From Octopus vulgaris (taxonomy: Eukaryota): a stretch of 64,000 nt of DNA. The translations under genes and the position numbers were made by a program. This document shows, in pieces, positions 1 through 11,754 of the stretch (positions are counted from its first letter, which is position 1; each line of letters starts with the position of its first letter). The stretch is from assembly GCA_951406725.2 (NCBI GenBank), contig OX597833.1, positions 38,068,001 to 38,132,000 on the forward strand. The letters run 5' to 3'. Below the pieces are notes generated by a model. That model made no database searches, was not told where the DNA came from, and was given only the letters and a program-made list of their open reading frames with translations.

Positions 1-1165
1 ACCTCTCTGAGGCCCAATGCTCAAAAGTGCTTTTTACATATCACCCGCACAGGTGCTAGTAGCACAACATTGGCCACATTGCATCCATGAGGTCCAAAAA
101 AGGTGCTTAGTTACATGCCACTGGCACGGATGCTACTTACGCAACACCAGCATTGGCCATACTGCCCCATGAGACCCAACGCTTGATAGGTGATTTTTAT
201 GTGTCACTAGCATGGGTACCAGCCATGCGACACCGGCATCACCATGACTACAATTTCACTTGGCTTGATGAGTCTTCTCAAGCGGAGCATACCACCAAAG
301 GTCTCGGTTACTAGTTATTGCTTCCGTGGGGCCCAACATTCAAAGATCATGCTTCACCACCATGTCCCATGTCTTCCTGGGTCTACTTCTTCCACAGGCT
401 CCCTCCACAGTTAGAGATTGGCATTTTTTTTACAGAACTGTCTTTATCCATATGCATCACATAACTAAACCAGTGCAGTCTCTCTTACATACCACATCTG
501 ATGCCTCTTATGCCCAACTGTTCTTTCAAGATGCTTACACTCTATCATACATGTACACTGACATTGCACATCCAGTGAAGCATGCTAGCTTCATTTCTTC
601 TAAACCTATGCATGTCCTTGGTGGTAACAGCCCATGTTTCATGGCCATGTAGCATAGCTGTTCACACACAGTAATCATACAGTCAACTTTTCAGTCTGAC
701 AGAGAGGCCCTTTGTTACTAACAGAAATAGGAGCTCTCTGAACTTTGCCCTGTCTATTCTCATAGCTACACTCTTGGAACATCCACCTCTGCTACTGACT
801 TGGTCATCTAGATAATGGAAGCTATCAACTAACTCTAGCTGACCCACCTGGCATTTGATGGAGTCTATTTTCTGTGCATTTTTAGTTTTTATTGTACCTG
901 TGCACCTTCCACACACAAAGACTATTTTCCCAGTTAACCTACCTCTGATATTGCTGCACTTCTTATGTATCCATAGCTTACATCGGGTACATCTTATGGA
1001 ATTTCTAACCATGCCTTTCCTCAGATCAAGCAGGGCTGTCTACCCAAAGGTGTTTGTGATTTGTCTGCCTTCCTACTTACTAAGACTTTGGTTTTTGACA
1101 GGTTAACTCTAAGGGCCTTCAATTTTAGACCTTGTTTCCACACCTGAAATTTCTTCTCTAGTTCT
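1..1165 (-). mobile_element. 3' fragment of RTE-type LINE (PHD-in-RT family), degraded
   Basis: Minus-strand translation RNSIRCTRCKLWIHKKCSNIRGRLTGKIVFVCGRC...LELVDSFHYL...FRELLFLLVTKGLS matches 63661-63980; 3' UTR sub-repeats at 1-250. Confidence 0.9.
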
Positions 1166-1167
1166 GA

Positions 1168-1300
1168 AGCAGTTCAGCAAAAGAGACCGATAGAATAAGT
1201 ACTGGGCTTACAAAGAATAAATCCCGGGGTTGAGTTGCTCGACTAAAGGCGGTGCTCCAGCATGGCCACAGTCAAATGACTGAAACAAGTAAAAGAGTAT
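1168..1300 (+). mobile_element. 3' part of tRNA-derived SINE family A
   Basis: Near-identical to the tail of the full copy at 4241-4633 (…gtcaaatgactgaaacaagtaaaagagta). Confidence 0.85.
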
Positions 1301-1913
1301 GTAGTAAGAAGTCTGCTTCCCAACCACAGAGTTCTGCCTGTCAGTGTGTGTGTGTGTGTGTGTGATCATCTCCTTGCCTTGACACCACATGACAGTTGTA
1401 AATGAGTCTCCTGTTCGTGGGGCCTCGAGATTGATGCATGTCATCTGTGTCATACATTTACATTTTTCCAGTTAATCCTGGAAAAATAATTACCTGTTAA
1501 CTATTTTAAGAAAAACTAGAAAAACCCAGAAAATTCACAATTTCTCTCTCTCTCTCTCCACCGCTGCTAAATTGTCGACAGCTCTTTACTCCTTTGTTCT
1601 TACAAGGTTATAATCTTGTATTTATTCCCACTACACAAAGTTGAAGTTAAACAGATCGCATTAACAAGAACAGCTATCCAACTAAAAAGAAAAAAATGCA
1701 AATAAATCCATAAAAAAAAAAGCTTATCTTCACTGCAACACCCCTTACACAAATTCTTTTTGGTTACACCCAGTTTCTGTTCCTTACAAAACAAAACTAT
1801 GGATACAGATATCTCTGCAACTCCCCACCTCTCTCTCTCTTTTACTTTTATTATAAAGAATTGCTTGGCAGAACATAAAGTCCAATAACTGGTTTCATTG
1901 CTGAAGTACAACT

Positions 1914-2110
1914 TTAACCCTTTTTGTTACCATATTTCTGTTCAAATGCACTGCTTTCGTTCCAATTAATTTTGAAATTAATGAAGAATTTAGTAAAATA
2001 ACTGTCATTATTTAGCTGGTATTTGAAACATAAGTTACCATGAAATTTCTACGGAAAGTTTTGATTTATATCACTTTAAACAGGGAGTTATTATCACAGA
2101 ATCAAGTGGT
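1914..2110. mobile_element. piggyBac-like MITE family 2, partial; second copy about 43930-44150
   Basis: Both copies start TTAA|CCCTTTT(T)GTTACCATATTTCT and align over about 190 bp. Confidence 0.6.
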
Positions 2111-2217
2111 CTCTTCTATTACAGCAATTCCTAAACCATGAAAAACAACTCAGCACAACAACCTCACTAACCTCAATACCACTCCCCTGCTCCTCTAATC
2201 AAACACCCACGAAGGAA

Positions 2218-2970
2218 TCATCATCATCATCATTTAGTGTTTGCTTTCTATGCTGGCATGGGTTAGACAGTTTGACTGAAACTGGTAAACAGGAGGGCTA
2301 CAACAGGTTCCAATCTGATTTGGCATGGTTTCTATGGTTGGATGCCCTTCCTAATGCCAAGCACTCCAAGAGTGTAATTGGTGCATTTTACATATCACCA
2401 GTACCTGTGCCAGTTACATGACACCAGCATCAGCCACAACTACAATTTCATGTGGCTTGACAAGTCTTATCAAGCATGGCATATCACCAAAGATCTATCA
2501 CTTGTCATTGCTTCCATGAGGCCCAACATTCGAAGATCATGCTTCACCATGTCATCCTATGTCTTCCTGGATCTACCTCTTCCACAGATTCCTTCTACGG
2601 TTAGAGATCGGCACTTTTTTTACACAGCTATCCTCATCCATACGCATCACATGACCAAACCAGCACAGTCATCTCTCTTGCACACCACATCTGTTGCCTC
2701 TTATGCCTAACTTTACTCTCAAGATGCTTACACTTTGTTGTACATGTACACTGACATTGCACATCCAGCGAAACATACTAGCTTCATTTCTTTCAAGCCT
2801 ATGCATGCCTCGGCAGTCACAGCCCATGTTTCACTGCTATGTAACATGGCTGTTCACGCCTTTCACTCTGAGGGAGAAGCCTTTGTTACCAACAGAGGTG
2901 GGAGTTCTCTGAACTTTGCCCAGCCTATTCTTATTCTAGCAGCTATATTCTCAGAGCATCCACCTCCACT
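2218..2970 (-). mobile_element. 3' end of RTE-type LINE (PHD-in-RT family) with (GAT)n tail
   Basis: Homologous to 250-790; (tca)n at 2218-2232; conserved ggatgcccttcctaatgcc 3' motif. Confidence 0.85.
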
Positions 2971-2977
2971 ACACTTA

Positions 2978-3356
2978 TACTCTTTTACTCTTTTATTTGT
3001 TTCAGTCATTTGACTGTGGCCATGATGGAGCACCTCCTTTAGTTGAGCAAATCAACTCCAGGACTTATTCTTTGTAAGCCTAGTACTTATTCTATCAGTC
3101 TCTTTTTGTTGAACCGCTAAGTTATGGGGACGCAAACACACCAGCATCGGTTGTCAAGCAATGTTGGGGGAACAAACACAGACACACAAACATATATATA
3201 TATGTACATACATATATACCACGGGCTTCTTTCAGTTTCTGTCTACCAAATCCACTCACAAGGCTATAGTAGAAGACACTTGTCCAAGGTGCCACGCAGT
3301 GGAACTGAACCTGGAACCATGTGGTTGGTAAGCAAGCTACTTACCACACAGCCACT
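2978..3356 (-). mobile_element. SINE family A
   Basis: Reverse complement of 4241-4633. Confidence 0.9.
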
Positions 3357-3378
3357 TATCTTATTTATTTCTGTAGAC

Positions 3379-3802
3379 CAGTGTTTCTCAATCAATTTTT
3401 GCCTATGGACCCTATTGATTCCTATTTTATTCAGGAGGTGGGACCCTCATAACCATTCAATATCCAAAAACTGCTATTATATCTTTATGATTAACCCTTT
3501 AACATTTAATCCAACCATATCCGGCTCAAGTATTCTACGTGTTTTATGTTAAAACTGACCAGATACAACCTCTCACATCTACCCCTACAATAGCATTCTA
3601 AAAATATACAAACACACCATTGAAATATCAAAGCTATGTGACAATATATGATTAATTCAAAACAATGTGAATAAATAAGCAATACATTTGACAAAGAAAT
3701 ATGAATGCTAAAGAGTTAAATATTATTAGGAATTGTATTAAAAAATTGCTAAAATATTTTATGTATTGTACAGAAGTTATGGACTCTGGTTGAGAATCAC
3801 TG
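3379..3802. mobile_element. hAT (Charlie-like) MITE with a nested piggyBac-like MITE; uninterrupted relative at 47460-47715
   Basis: TIRs CAGTGTTTCTCAA / TTGAGAATCACTG; decayed 8-bp flanks ctgtagac / tgctagac. Confidence 0.75.
3495..3715. mobile_element. piggyBac-like MITE family 1; other copies 21733-21867, 34894-35321, 48637-49268, partial near 52586
   Basis: TTAA target duplication with CCCTTTA…TAAAG(G/A)G termini. Confidence 0.8.
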
Positions 3803-4127
3803 TGCTAGACAGAGCTGAACCCCTCCTCGGAATTCCAATCTGAAATTACCTACAAAGAGTGACACTAAAAAAAAAGAACAATTTAAATCTTAAAGCTAAA
3901 CAAAAAAATAATTAAATATCCGTTGCCTATACCATTAAGTTATGGGGATGTAAACAAACCAACTCCAGTTGTGAAGCAGTAGTGGGAGATAAGCACAAAC
4001 ACACACACTCACACATATACATATATACACACACACACACACACATGTGTTAGGTCACTTGTGAGGTCTCCTATGAGTGCTACCGGCAACATGGAATCCA
4101 GTATAATTTGTTGCATAGTCATGCTAT

Positions 4128-4736
4128 CAGTAACTAAACCTCAACTATCGCAGCTGTTATGTTCCAAAACCTCCCACAGAAATAATTAAAAGCTAAAAAA
4201 ATTTTTTTACTTATCAGCTGCAGAAACCCAGATATACTGAGGCGCAGGAGTAGCTGTGTGGTAAGTAGCTTGCTTACCAACCACATGGTTCCAGGTTCAG
4301 TCCCACTGCGTGGCACCTTGGGCAAGTGTCTTCTACTATAGCTTCAACCAAAGCCTTGTGAGTGAATTTGGTAGACGGAAATTGAAAGAAGCCCATCATA
4401 TATACGTATATATATGTGTGTGTGTTTGTGTGTCTGTGTTTGTCTCCCCAAAAAAACATCACTTGACAACCGATGCTGGTGTGTTTACGTCCCTGTAACT
4501 TAGCAGTTCGGATTAAGGGGACCGATAGAATAAGTACTAGGCTTACAAAGAATAAGTCCTAGGGTCGATTTGCTCAGCTAAAGGCGGTGCTCCAGCATGG
4601 CCACAGTCAAATGACTGAAACAAGTAAAAGAGTATATATGAGTCAGAAAAATCCACAATGTACTGAGTGCAACATAGGTGAACTGCAATGTATTGTGTGC
4701 GCAATAGGTGAACCACGATATGGTGAGGGATTACTG
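4128..4736. mobile_element. Tigger/pogo-like MITE interrupted by a SINE
   Basis: Right end GAGGGATTACTG|TA; degenerate left end CAGTAA…CCTCAACTATCGC. Confidence 0.6.
4241..4633 (+). mobile_element. SINE family A, full length (tRNA-like head, CORE-like ccttgggcaagt, internal TA/TG tract, AAAAGAGT tail)
   Basis: A/B-box-like head tagctgtgtgg…ggttcagtccc; about 20 full or partial copies, e.g. 17798-18180+, 23525-23825-, 24215-24548-, 38228-38580-, 40205-40530+, 47085-47458+, 51706-52030+, 57165-57545-. Confidence 0.9.
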
Positions 4737-5730
4737 TATATTGGTTTTGTAAAATAAAAAATTCATTATTTTTTTAGCACAGCTAAGTGCCTGTGTTTTC
4801 ATTGCTGGTGCTAAAACGGTTTACCAGCCTTGCTCACAGCAATCCTTCTCAATGGAAGAGACAATAGTGCTTACTTATTAACACAATATGAATAACACAA
4901 AAGATGAAATAGACCAAAGAATTAGTTATCGTGTTTAAATTCAATTGTATTTCTGAAACAAACTCAAGATTAGTGCATGTTGTGTCTCGCATTCACTTTC
5001 AAAGCATTTTAATTGAATGAATCAACTCCAGTACTTATTGCTTTTAAAACCTGGAACTTATTCTGTTGGTCTCTTTTGCCAAACCATTAAGTTATGGGGA
5101 TGTAAACAAACCAACTCCAGTTGTGAAGCAGTAGTGAGACATAAGCACAAAGACACACACATATACATATACATACACACACACACATATGTAAGGTCAC
5201 TTGTAAGGTCTCTTATGAGTGCTACTGGCTTTGTGCTTATCTCCCACCACTGGTATGAGGATGTAAACAAACCAACTCCAGTTGTGAAGCAGTGGTGAGA
5301 GGTAAGCACAAAGACACACACAAGTGTAAGGTCACTTGTGAGATCTCTTATGAGTGCTACTGGCAACATGGAATCCAGTATAATTTGTTGCATAGTCATG
5401 TTATCAGCAACTAAACCAGCATCCCCACTATGTCTGCCTGGTGAGGAGGGCTGCTAGAAACCCAGCAAGACAAAAAGGAAAACCTGTCAAAAAGACAGAT
5501 GAACTTAGTGTAGGTTCCACAATCATCTGGCAATAGCACAGGCCCATAGAAATTCTGAGTTGGTGTCCAGTATGCTGGAAGACCACTGGAAATGAGATAC
5601 CCTTCACCTTTTGTTAAAGTGTGTCTCTAAGAGAAGGTCACTGATATAAAAATAGATATCCAGGGAATGGAATTGAACATTTTGGGGATCTTTTGTTTGC
5701 ACTTGAGAATACAGCACTTCTACATTCCTG

Positions 5731-6155
5731 AGCTTGCTTGCTTGAGACAGCATTCACCCGGGGTGGGTTGAGCTGGCTTCTTTCATCCTCAATACTGCAT
5801 CTCTCACCAAAGCCGACCAGGCCTGGCAATTTGAGGCTACCAACTGCATGATCTCCAACCACCCCCTATTCCAGCAGGGAACGCCTTATACAGGGGGGCC
5901 TAGGTTGGGTTCCAGATCAGCCTTGACTGTCATCAGCCAGGTTTTTCGTTGTCCACCACATTGCTTTCGCCAACCCTGAAGGGGAGCTGGAGCAATTGCT
6001 TCGTAGATGAATTCTCCTGGTTGACGACGGAGGGCATGACCCAGCCAAAGCAGACGTCTCGTTAGGATGACTTGTTGGAGGGAGGTGATTTTGCACTGGT
6101 GTCGCACCGAATTGTTGGAGACAATGTGATGCCATCGGACACGATCGATGCAGCA
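5731..6155 (-). mobile_element. 3' end of a third RTE-clade LINE with (CAAG)n tail
   Basis: ORF 5886..6206: RRLLWLGHALRR…WRKQCGGQRKTWLMTVKADLE, a typical RTE C-terminus; tail at about 5731-5745. Confidence 0.8.
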
Positions 6156-6156
6156 T

Positions 6157-6278
6157 AGAAAAGTCACAGCAAGATATCTAGCGTGAATATGGATTGCAGC
6201 GTACATGAGGATCCTTCAAACATTCCTCATGTAAACCACAATCCATATTCACACTAAATATCTTGCCATGACTTCTCT
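6157..6278. repeat. Palindromic (hairpin) element, about 55-bp arms
   Basis: aagtcacagcaagatatctagcgtgaatatggattg…tacatgagga versus tcctcatgta…caatccatattcacactaaatatcttgccatgactt. Confidence 0.8.
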
Positions 6279-6837
6279 CTGGATGATGTTGGTAAGGTGA
6301 AAAGGGACTGGATAAGCCTTATTGGATTTAAAATTTGAGGTTAGACAATAACCAGCAAGGCAACTTTCCAATGCTGATCAAATAGGTAGATGTTGCGACA
6401 AGCATGGAAGCTGTGGGCATGAAACCAGGTGAAGTCTACAAATCCACTGACAAAAGTCAACAAAATCCAGTTTCTGTCTACCAAATCCACTCACAAGGCT
6501 TTTGACCCCAGAACTTTACACTTGATACTTACTCTACTTTTCTCTTTTGCTGAACCACTAAGTTATGGGGACATAAACCAACAAACATTAGTTGTCAAGT
6601 GGGGCAGGGGGTGGCGAACACAAACACAAAGACATACACACGTGTGTGTGTGTGTGTGTGTATTTGATGGGCTTGTTTCCCCATCCATCTACCAAATTCA
6701 CTCACAAGGCTTTGGTTGGCCTGAAGCTATTGTAGATGGCACTTGCCGAAGGTGCAAGGACTGAACCCAGAACGATGAGGATTGGGAAGCAAACTTACCA
6801 CACAGCTGCCACGCCTGACCCTATAACTGTATGTGTG

Positions 6838-6840
<3 letters not shown>

Positions 6841-6922
<82 letters not shown>
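6841..6922. repeat. Compound (GA)n(GT)n microsatellite; other tracts include (TA)n at 8787, 9183, 22758, 22878, 40790, 41557, 51895, (CA)n at 33063, (TATG)n at 33345, (GGT)n at 33923 and (AAT)n at 34381
   Basis: Directly visible. Confidence 0.98.
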
Positions 6923-6926
<4 letters not shown>

Positions 6927-8778
6927 GATTCTTCTGGAGGAATGAAAGTCGGCGCTGACTGGATCTGAAGCCTAGAAAGGAGTAGGATTAATCTACATCC
7001 TAGCTATACATATTAGCCCATTTGATTAACTTCTATGTCGCTCTACTCCCTCTTAAACCGAAAATGTAAATAATTATGGAATCTAACATTTTCACAAATG
7101 AAGCGATTAAGTCAAACCTGGTGACCGGTAACTATTTCATCGTCCTCGTAAAAGATAAGAAAAAATATATCACACAACGATTTAAAGGCACGTGATTAAT
7201 AAAAGCAAGCAAAAATAGTAAAAACAAAGCCTTCAACAATATCCAAAGAAAAGTAAAGAGTACTTCAACAACACTAACAAGAAGAAAAAATAATTACAAC
7301 AGCAATTAAATATTTTCCAGGTCTTCTGAGGTAGGTGGGAGGAACTGCAACAGAATGTACTCCGTTAAAGACACGACACTAAAGAGCCTGCTGGTTGTTT
7401 TAATCGGAGCGATGATTTATGGTTATCCCCAGTTTAGTCACGGATGCAAAACAAACTAAATAAATAAATAAATGAAAACCTGGGATGGTCACGAGCAAAA
7501 TACCATTGCTGATTTGACCGGGTGCTTAAACAATAACAACTACAGTTGCAATATCTCCGATAGCAACAACGGATAAAGGAAACTACAAAAACAACTGCCA
7601 CAAAATCAATAGCAAATTCTGCAGCAACAGTTTGGCTTATTAGCTAGTGTACTGAAAATAGAGGATAGACAAACGTGTATATATATATAACTTCATGTTA
7701 CTTTTGGAGTTGATCTGAAGCTTAGACAACTGTCAGACTTTGGAAAGTTATTTTGTATGTAGGTTTGAAGTGCAATATATTTTTTTTTTCTGTTTTGAAA
7801 CTTTTTTTTTTAATAATATATATTTTAAATGTAATTACTTGTATAAAATACAATTCCTACTTCATCTGACTTAAGACGAGTCGAAATGTGAGATGAGGAT
7901 GAGACCGGGTTGCAAAAAAATCACAAGGAAATTTATTAGTCTTCAAACTAAACTTAGGTGGATGTTCGATTTGCTGGAAGTAAGTGTGACATATTCCTCT
8001 AACACATGTCACTGTCTTAAGTAGCAAGGATTCGCTGGATAATGTAATTCGCAGTCCGGAAATAAAAATAGGATTGACACAGCTGGAATGCTGAGCCGAA
8101 GTTTAAAAAAAAGGAAAAAAACTACAATAGCTTAACAGGTTAGAAATATCAAAATTCCTTCAATTTACAGGCTACTTACAAAAAAAAAAAAAAAAAACGG
8201 GATGGCCACTGCTGGAACGTCTTTGATCAGGGCTAAAAACGTCTGCGAAGCAACTAGTTGTAAACTGGTTACGAACAAAACTATTGACTTATTCGCAGAA
8301 CCTGTTACATCATAACTTAATATGAAGTATATATTATTATAAATATGTTTAAATGATATTTTATATAATATTATACACATTCATAGAACAACTTTATAAA
8401 TCACAGCACAGTTGTATAGTATCGTTATACATCGTTTATAGTGTCTGTATATATACAAATTTATGATATTAACTATTATAGAGAGAAAAAAAGTACGACT
8501 GAACAAGAGTAAAAAAATAATAAAGCTTACGATAGGTTTAAACAATTGGATTTCATGTATTTTACATATGAGTTGAAGGCCTAAAGGATGAATGTAGTGG
8601 GTACCCGAGGAAGACAATGTATTCACAGAATATTGAGGAACATTCGGATGAGTGGAAGCCTTATTTCACATCTTACATCGAACAGGACAAAATGTGATGA
8701 CTAACTGATCACCAGGCTGCGTACGTGTACATATCGAAGTCATGTGTGTGTGCCTGTGTTTTAGTGATATACATACAT

Positions 8779-8847
<69 letters not shown>

Positions 8848-8871
8848 CATTGATTTATATATACATTGTTT

Positions 8872-9144
8872 GGAGTCACATGGCCTAGTGGTTAGAGTAG
8901 CGGACTTGCGGTCGAGTGATCGCGGGTTCGAATCTCAGACCGAGTGATGTGTGTGGTTATGAGCGAAGCACCTAAGCTCCACGCGGCTCCGGCAGAAGGT
9001 AACGGCGAATTTTTGCTGACTCTGTCGCCACAACTTTCTCCCTGCATCAAGCAGCTCACCTGCGATGGACAGGCGTCCCGTCCAGGTGGGGAACCTATAC
9101 GCCAATGAAACCGGGAAACTGGCCCTTATGAGCCAGGCATGGCT
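8872..9144 (+). mobile_element. tRNA-derived SINE family C; truncated second head at 9293-9320
   Basis: A box TGGCCTAGTGG, B box GGTTCGAATC; 3' module ctgcgatggacaggcgtcccgtccag shared with family D. Confidence 0.85.
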
Positions 9145-9202
9145 ACGCATACATACATATATGTATATATGCATACATACTGATATATATATATACACAC
9201 AC

Positions 9203-9293
<91 letters not shown>

Positions 9294-9336
9294 GAGACAC
9301 ATGGCCTAGTGATTAGAGCATACATATATATATGTA

Positions 9337-11754
9337 TCAACACCACGCATCAACACCGCCAGGACAACCAACCCCGACCTCCGCTCGGAATTCACCAACC
9401 GCATGGAGGAGGCCCTTAAAGACCACGCAGCCACGACCATCGAGGAGAGATGGCAGATTATTCGCGACACCACTTGCAGAATAGCCATGTCATCCCTAGG
9501 AAAGAGGGAGCGGAGAAATCAAGACTGGTTTGAAGCTCACCTGCCTGAGATGGAGCCTGTCATTGCTGCCAAGAGGGAAGCACTGGTCAACTATAAGCGC
9601 GACCCATCAGAAAAGAACCTGGCTACTCTGAGAACAGCCAGAAGCGACGCCCAGAGGACGGCCAGACGTTGCGCCAACATCTACTGGCAGAACTTATGCC
9701 AGAACATCCAGTGCTGTGCTGACAGTGGTAACGTGAAAGGGATGTACGAGGGGATGAAGAAAGCATTCGGGCCCACTGTCAGAAAGGTTGCTCCACTGAA
9801 GTCCAGAGATGGCGAGGTCATCAAGGACCAAGCGAAGCAGATGGAGAGGTGGGTCGAGTATTACCAGAACCTCTACTCCACTGAGAATGTGGTCACCAGG
9901 TCTGCCCTCGCCGGCATTCCTGCTCTGCCTGTCATGGAGGAGCTTGACCTGCCTCCAACAAAGGAAGAACTGAGCAAAGCAATTGACTCACTCGCTCGGG
10001 GCAAGGCACCAGGGCAAGACGGCATCCCCGCAGAAGTCATCCAGTGCGGGGAGCCAGCCCTTCTGGGCCATCTCCACGAGCTGCTCTGTCAGTGCTGGGA
10101 GGAGGGCTCTGTCCCTAAGGATATGCGTGACGCAAACATCATCACACTGTATAAAAACAAAGGGAACAGAAGCGACTGCAATAATTACAGGGGCATATCA
10201 CTGCTCAGCACTGTCGGTAAGGCATTTGCCAGGGTGGTCCTGAAGAGGTTGCAAATACTTGCAGAGCGTGTGTACCCCGAGTCTCAGTCTGGCTTTAGGG
10301 CAGAGAGGTCTACAATTGACATGATCTTCTCACTCAGGCAGCTTCAAGAAAAGAGTCGAGAACAGAGACAGCCCCTATACGTGGCCTTCATCGACCTGGC
10401 TAAGGCGTTCGACTCAGTCAGCAGGGAGGGGCTGTTTGCGCTCCTGGGTAGGATAGGTTGCCCTCCCAGACTGCTGAAACTCATCACCTCCTTTCACGAC
10501 GGTATGCAGGGAATAGTGCAGTTTGACGGATCGCCCTCGGAGTCATTCCCTATCCAGAGTGGAGTGAAACAGGGTTGCGTTCTGGCGCCGACGCTCTTCG
10601 GAATTTTCTTCTCCCTTGTCCTGTCCTATGCCTTCAGAACGTCCGACGACGGAGTGTTCCTCCACACCAGGGCTGATGGTGGATTGTTCAATCTTGCGCG
10701 CCTCAGAGCTAAGACCAAAGTCCGTCAGGTGCTGATCAGAGAGATCCTCTTTGCTGACGATGCCGCCCAAACATCACACAACCAACCGGGTCTCCAGAGG
10801 CTGGTCAGCTCCCTGGCGGATGCCTGCCAAGAGTTCGGCCTTACCATCAGCCTGAAAAAGACAGAGATCATAGGCCAGGACGTCGGAGGGGTCCCCAGCA
10901 TCAGTGTCGGCGACCACAGCTTGCAGGTGGTGAACGAGTTCACTTACCTGGGATCGACGGTCTCCAGCAGCCTGTCCCTCGAGCCGGAGCTGAACAGACG
11001 GATTGGGAAGGCTGCTGCTACCATGGCTAAGCTCTCCAGGAGAGTGTGGGAAAACAACATGCTCACAATAACCACCAAGATCGCAGTGTACCGAGCCTGC
11101 GTGCTGAGCACCCTACTCTACGGCAGCGAGAGCTGGACAACATACACCCGGCAGGAATGCCGCCTCAGCGGCTTCCACATGCGGTGTCTTCGACGGATCC
11201 TTGGCATCTCCTGGAAGGACCGAGTACCAAACGGAGTCATCCTGGAACAGACTAATATGCCAAGCATGTATGCCCTCCTCGTGCGGAGACGACTGCGCTG
11301 GCTCGGACGCGTCTGCCGCATGCAGGACGGTCGCATGCCTAAAGACATCCTGTACAGCGAACTCACCACGGGATCCCGACCCAAGGGACGTCCACAGCTA
11401 CGATACAGGGACGTGTGCAAGCGCGACCTGAGGACTGCCAACATCTGTGTGGACACGTGGGAGGAAACAGCTGCTGACCGCTCTGCCTGGCGTCGGACGG
11501 TGAGGAAAGACGTTTCCATGGCTGAGGAGAGGAGAGCACAGCTGTGGTTGGACAGGCGGGACAGGGGGAGGACAACTGCAGCAACACCCCACACGTACCC
11601 ATCGATGTTCGTGTGCAGCAACTGTACCAAGGACTGCCACTCTAGAATTGGACTGTTCAGTCACAGCAGACGCTGCACATCATCAAAGTAGGCCCCACCC
11701 TTGGCGCAACCCATTGTCTATCAAGACAGACGGGGAATAAGAAAAGAAGAGAAG
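9337..11754 (+). mobile_element. 5'-truncated, GC-rich RTE-clade LINE, young
   Basis: Uninterrupted ORF, short 3' UTR and purine (GAA-like) tail; starts in the linker after the APE endonuclease (PRINTART), so the endonuclease is absent. Confidence 0.95.
9403..11691 (+). CDS. RTE reverse transcriptase ORF (762 aa, lacks endonuclease) with C-terminal zinc knuckle
   Basis: [62 protein letters not shown]; terminal [21 protein letters not shown]. Confidence 0.95.
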   Translation: MEEALKDHAATTIEERWQIIRDTTCRIAMSSLGKRERRNQDWFEAHLPEMEPVIAAKREALVNYKRDPSEKNLATLRTARSDAQRTARRCANIYWQNLCQNIQCCADSGNVKGMYEGMKKAFGPTVRKVAPLKSRDGEVIKDQAKQMERWVEYYQNLYSTENVVTRSALAGIPALPVMEELDLPPTKEELSKAIDSLARGKAPGQDGIPAEVIQCGEPALLGHLHELLCQCWEEGSVPKDMRDANIITLYKNKGNRSDCNNYRGISLLSTVGKAFARVVLKRLQILAERVYPESQSGFRAERSTIDMIFSLRQLQEKSREQRQPLYVAFIDLAKAFDSVSREGLFALLGRIGCPPRLLKLITSFHDGMQGIVQFDGSPSESFPIQSGVKQGCVLAPTLFGIFFSLVLSYAFRTSDDGVFLHTRADGGLFNLARLRAKTKVRQVLIREILFADDAAQTSHNQPGLQRLVSSLADACQEFGLTISLKKTEIIGQDVGGVPSISVGDHSLQVVNEFTYLGSTVSSSLSLEPELNRRIGKAAATMAKLSRRVWENNMLTITTKIAVYRACVLSTLLYGSESWTTYTRQECRLSGFHMRCLRRILGISWKDRVPNGVILEQTNMPSMYALLVRRRLRWLGRVCRMQDGRMPKDILYSELTTGSRPKGRPQLRYRDVCKRDLRTANICVDTWEETAADRSAWRRTVRKDVSMAEERRAQLWLDRRDRGRTTAATPHTYPSMFVCSNCTKDCHSRIGLFSHSRRCTSSK

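Noticed and set aside
5325-5520. Possible HDV-like ribozyme or RTE 5' UTR
   Set aside because: It resembles a LINE leader and has local stems, but I could not build P1 and P2 of the nested double pseudoknot; it needs a covariance-model search.
8872-8945. tRNA gene
   Set aside because: A and B boxes are present, but there is no acceptor stem or terminator and it continues into a SINE body; the same holds for the other tRNA-like heads.
11118-11664. Antisense ORFs up to 170 aa over the RTE, and similar ones at 62013-63812
   Set aside because: Expected shadows of an open, GC-rich coding strand; no recognisable motifs.
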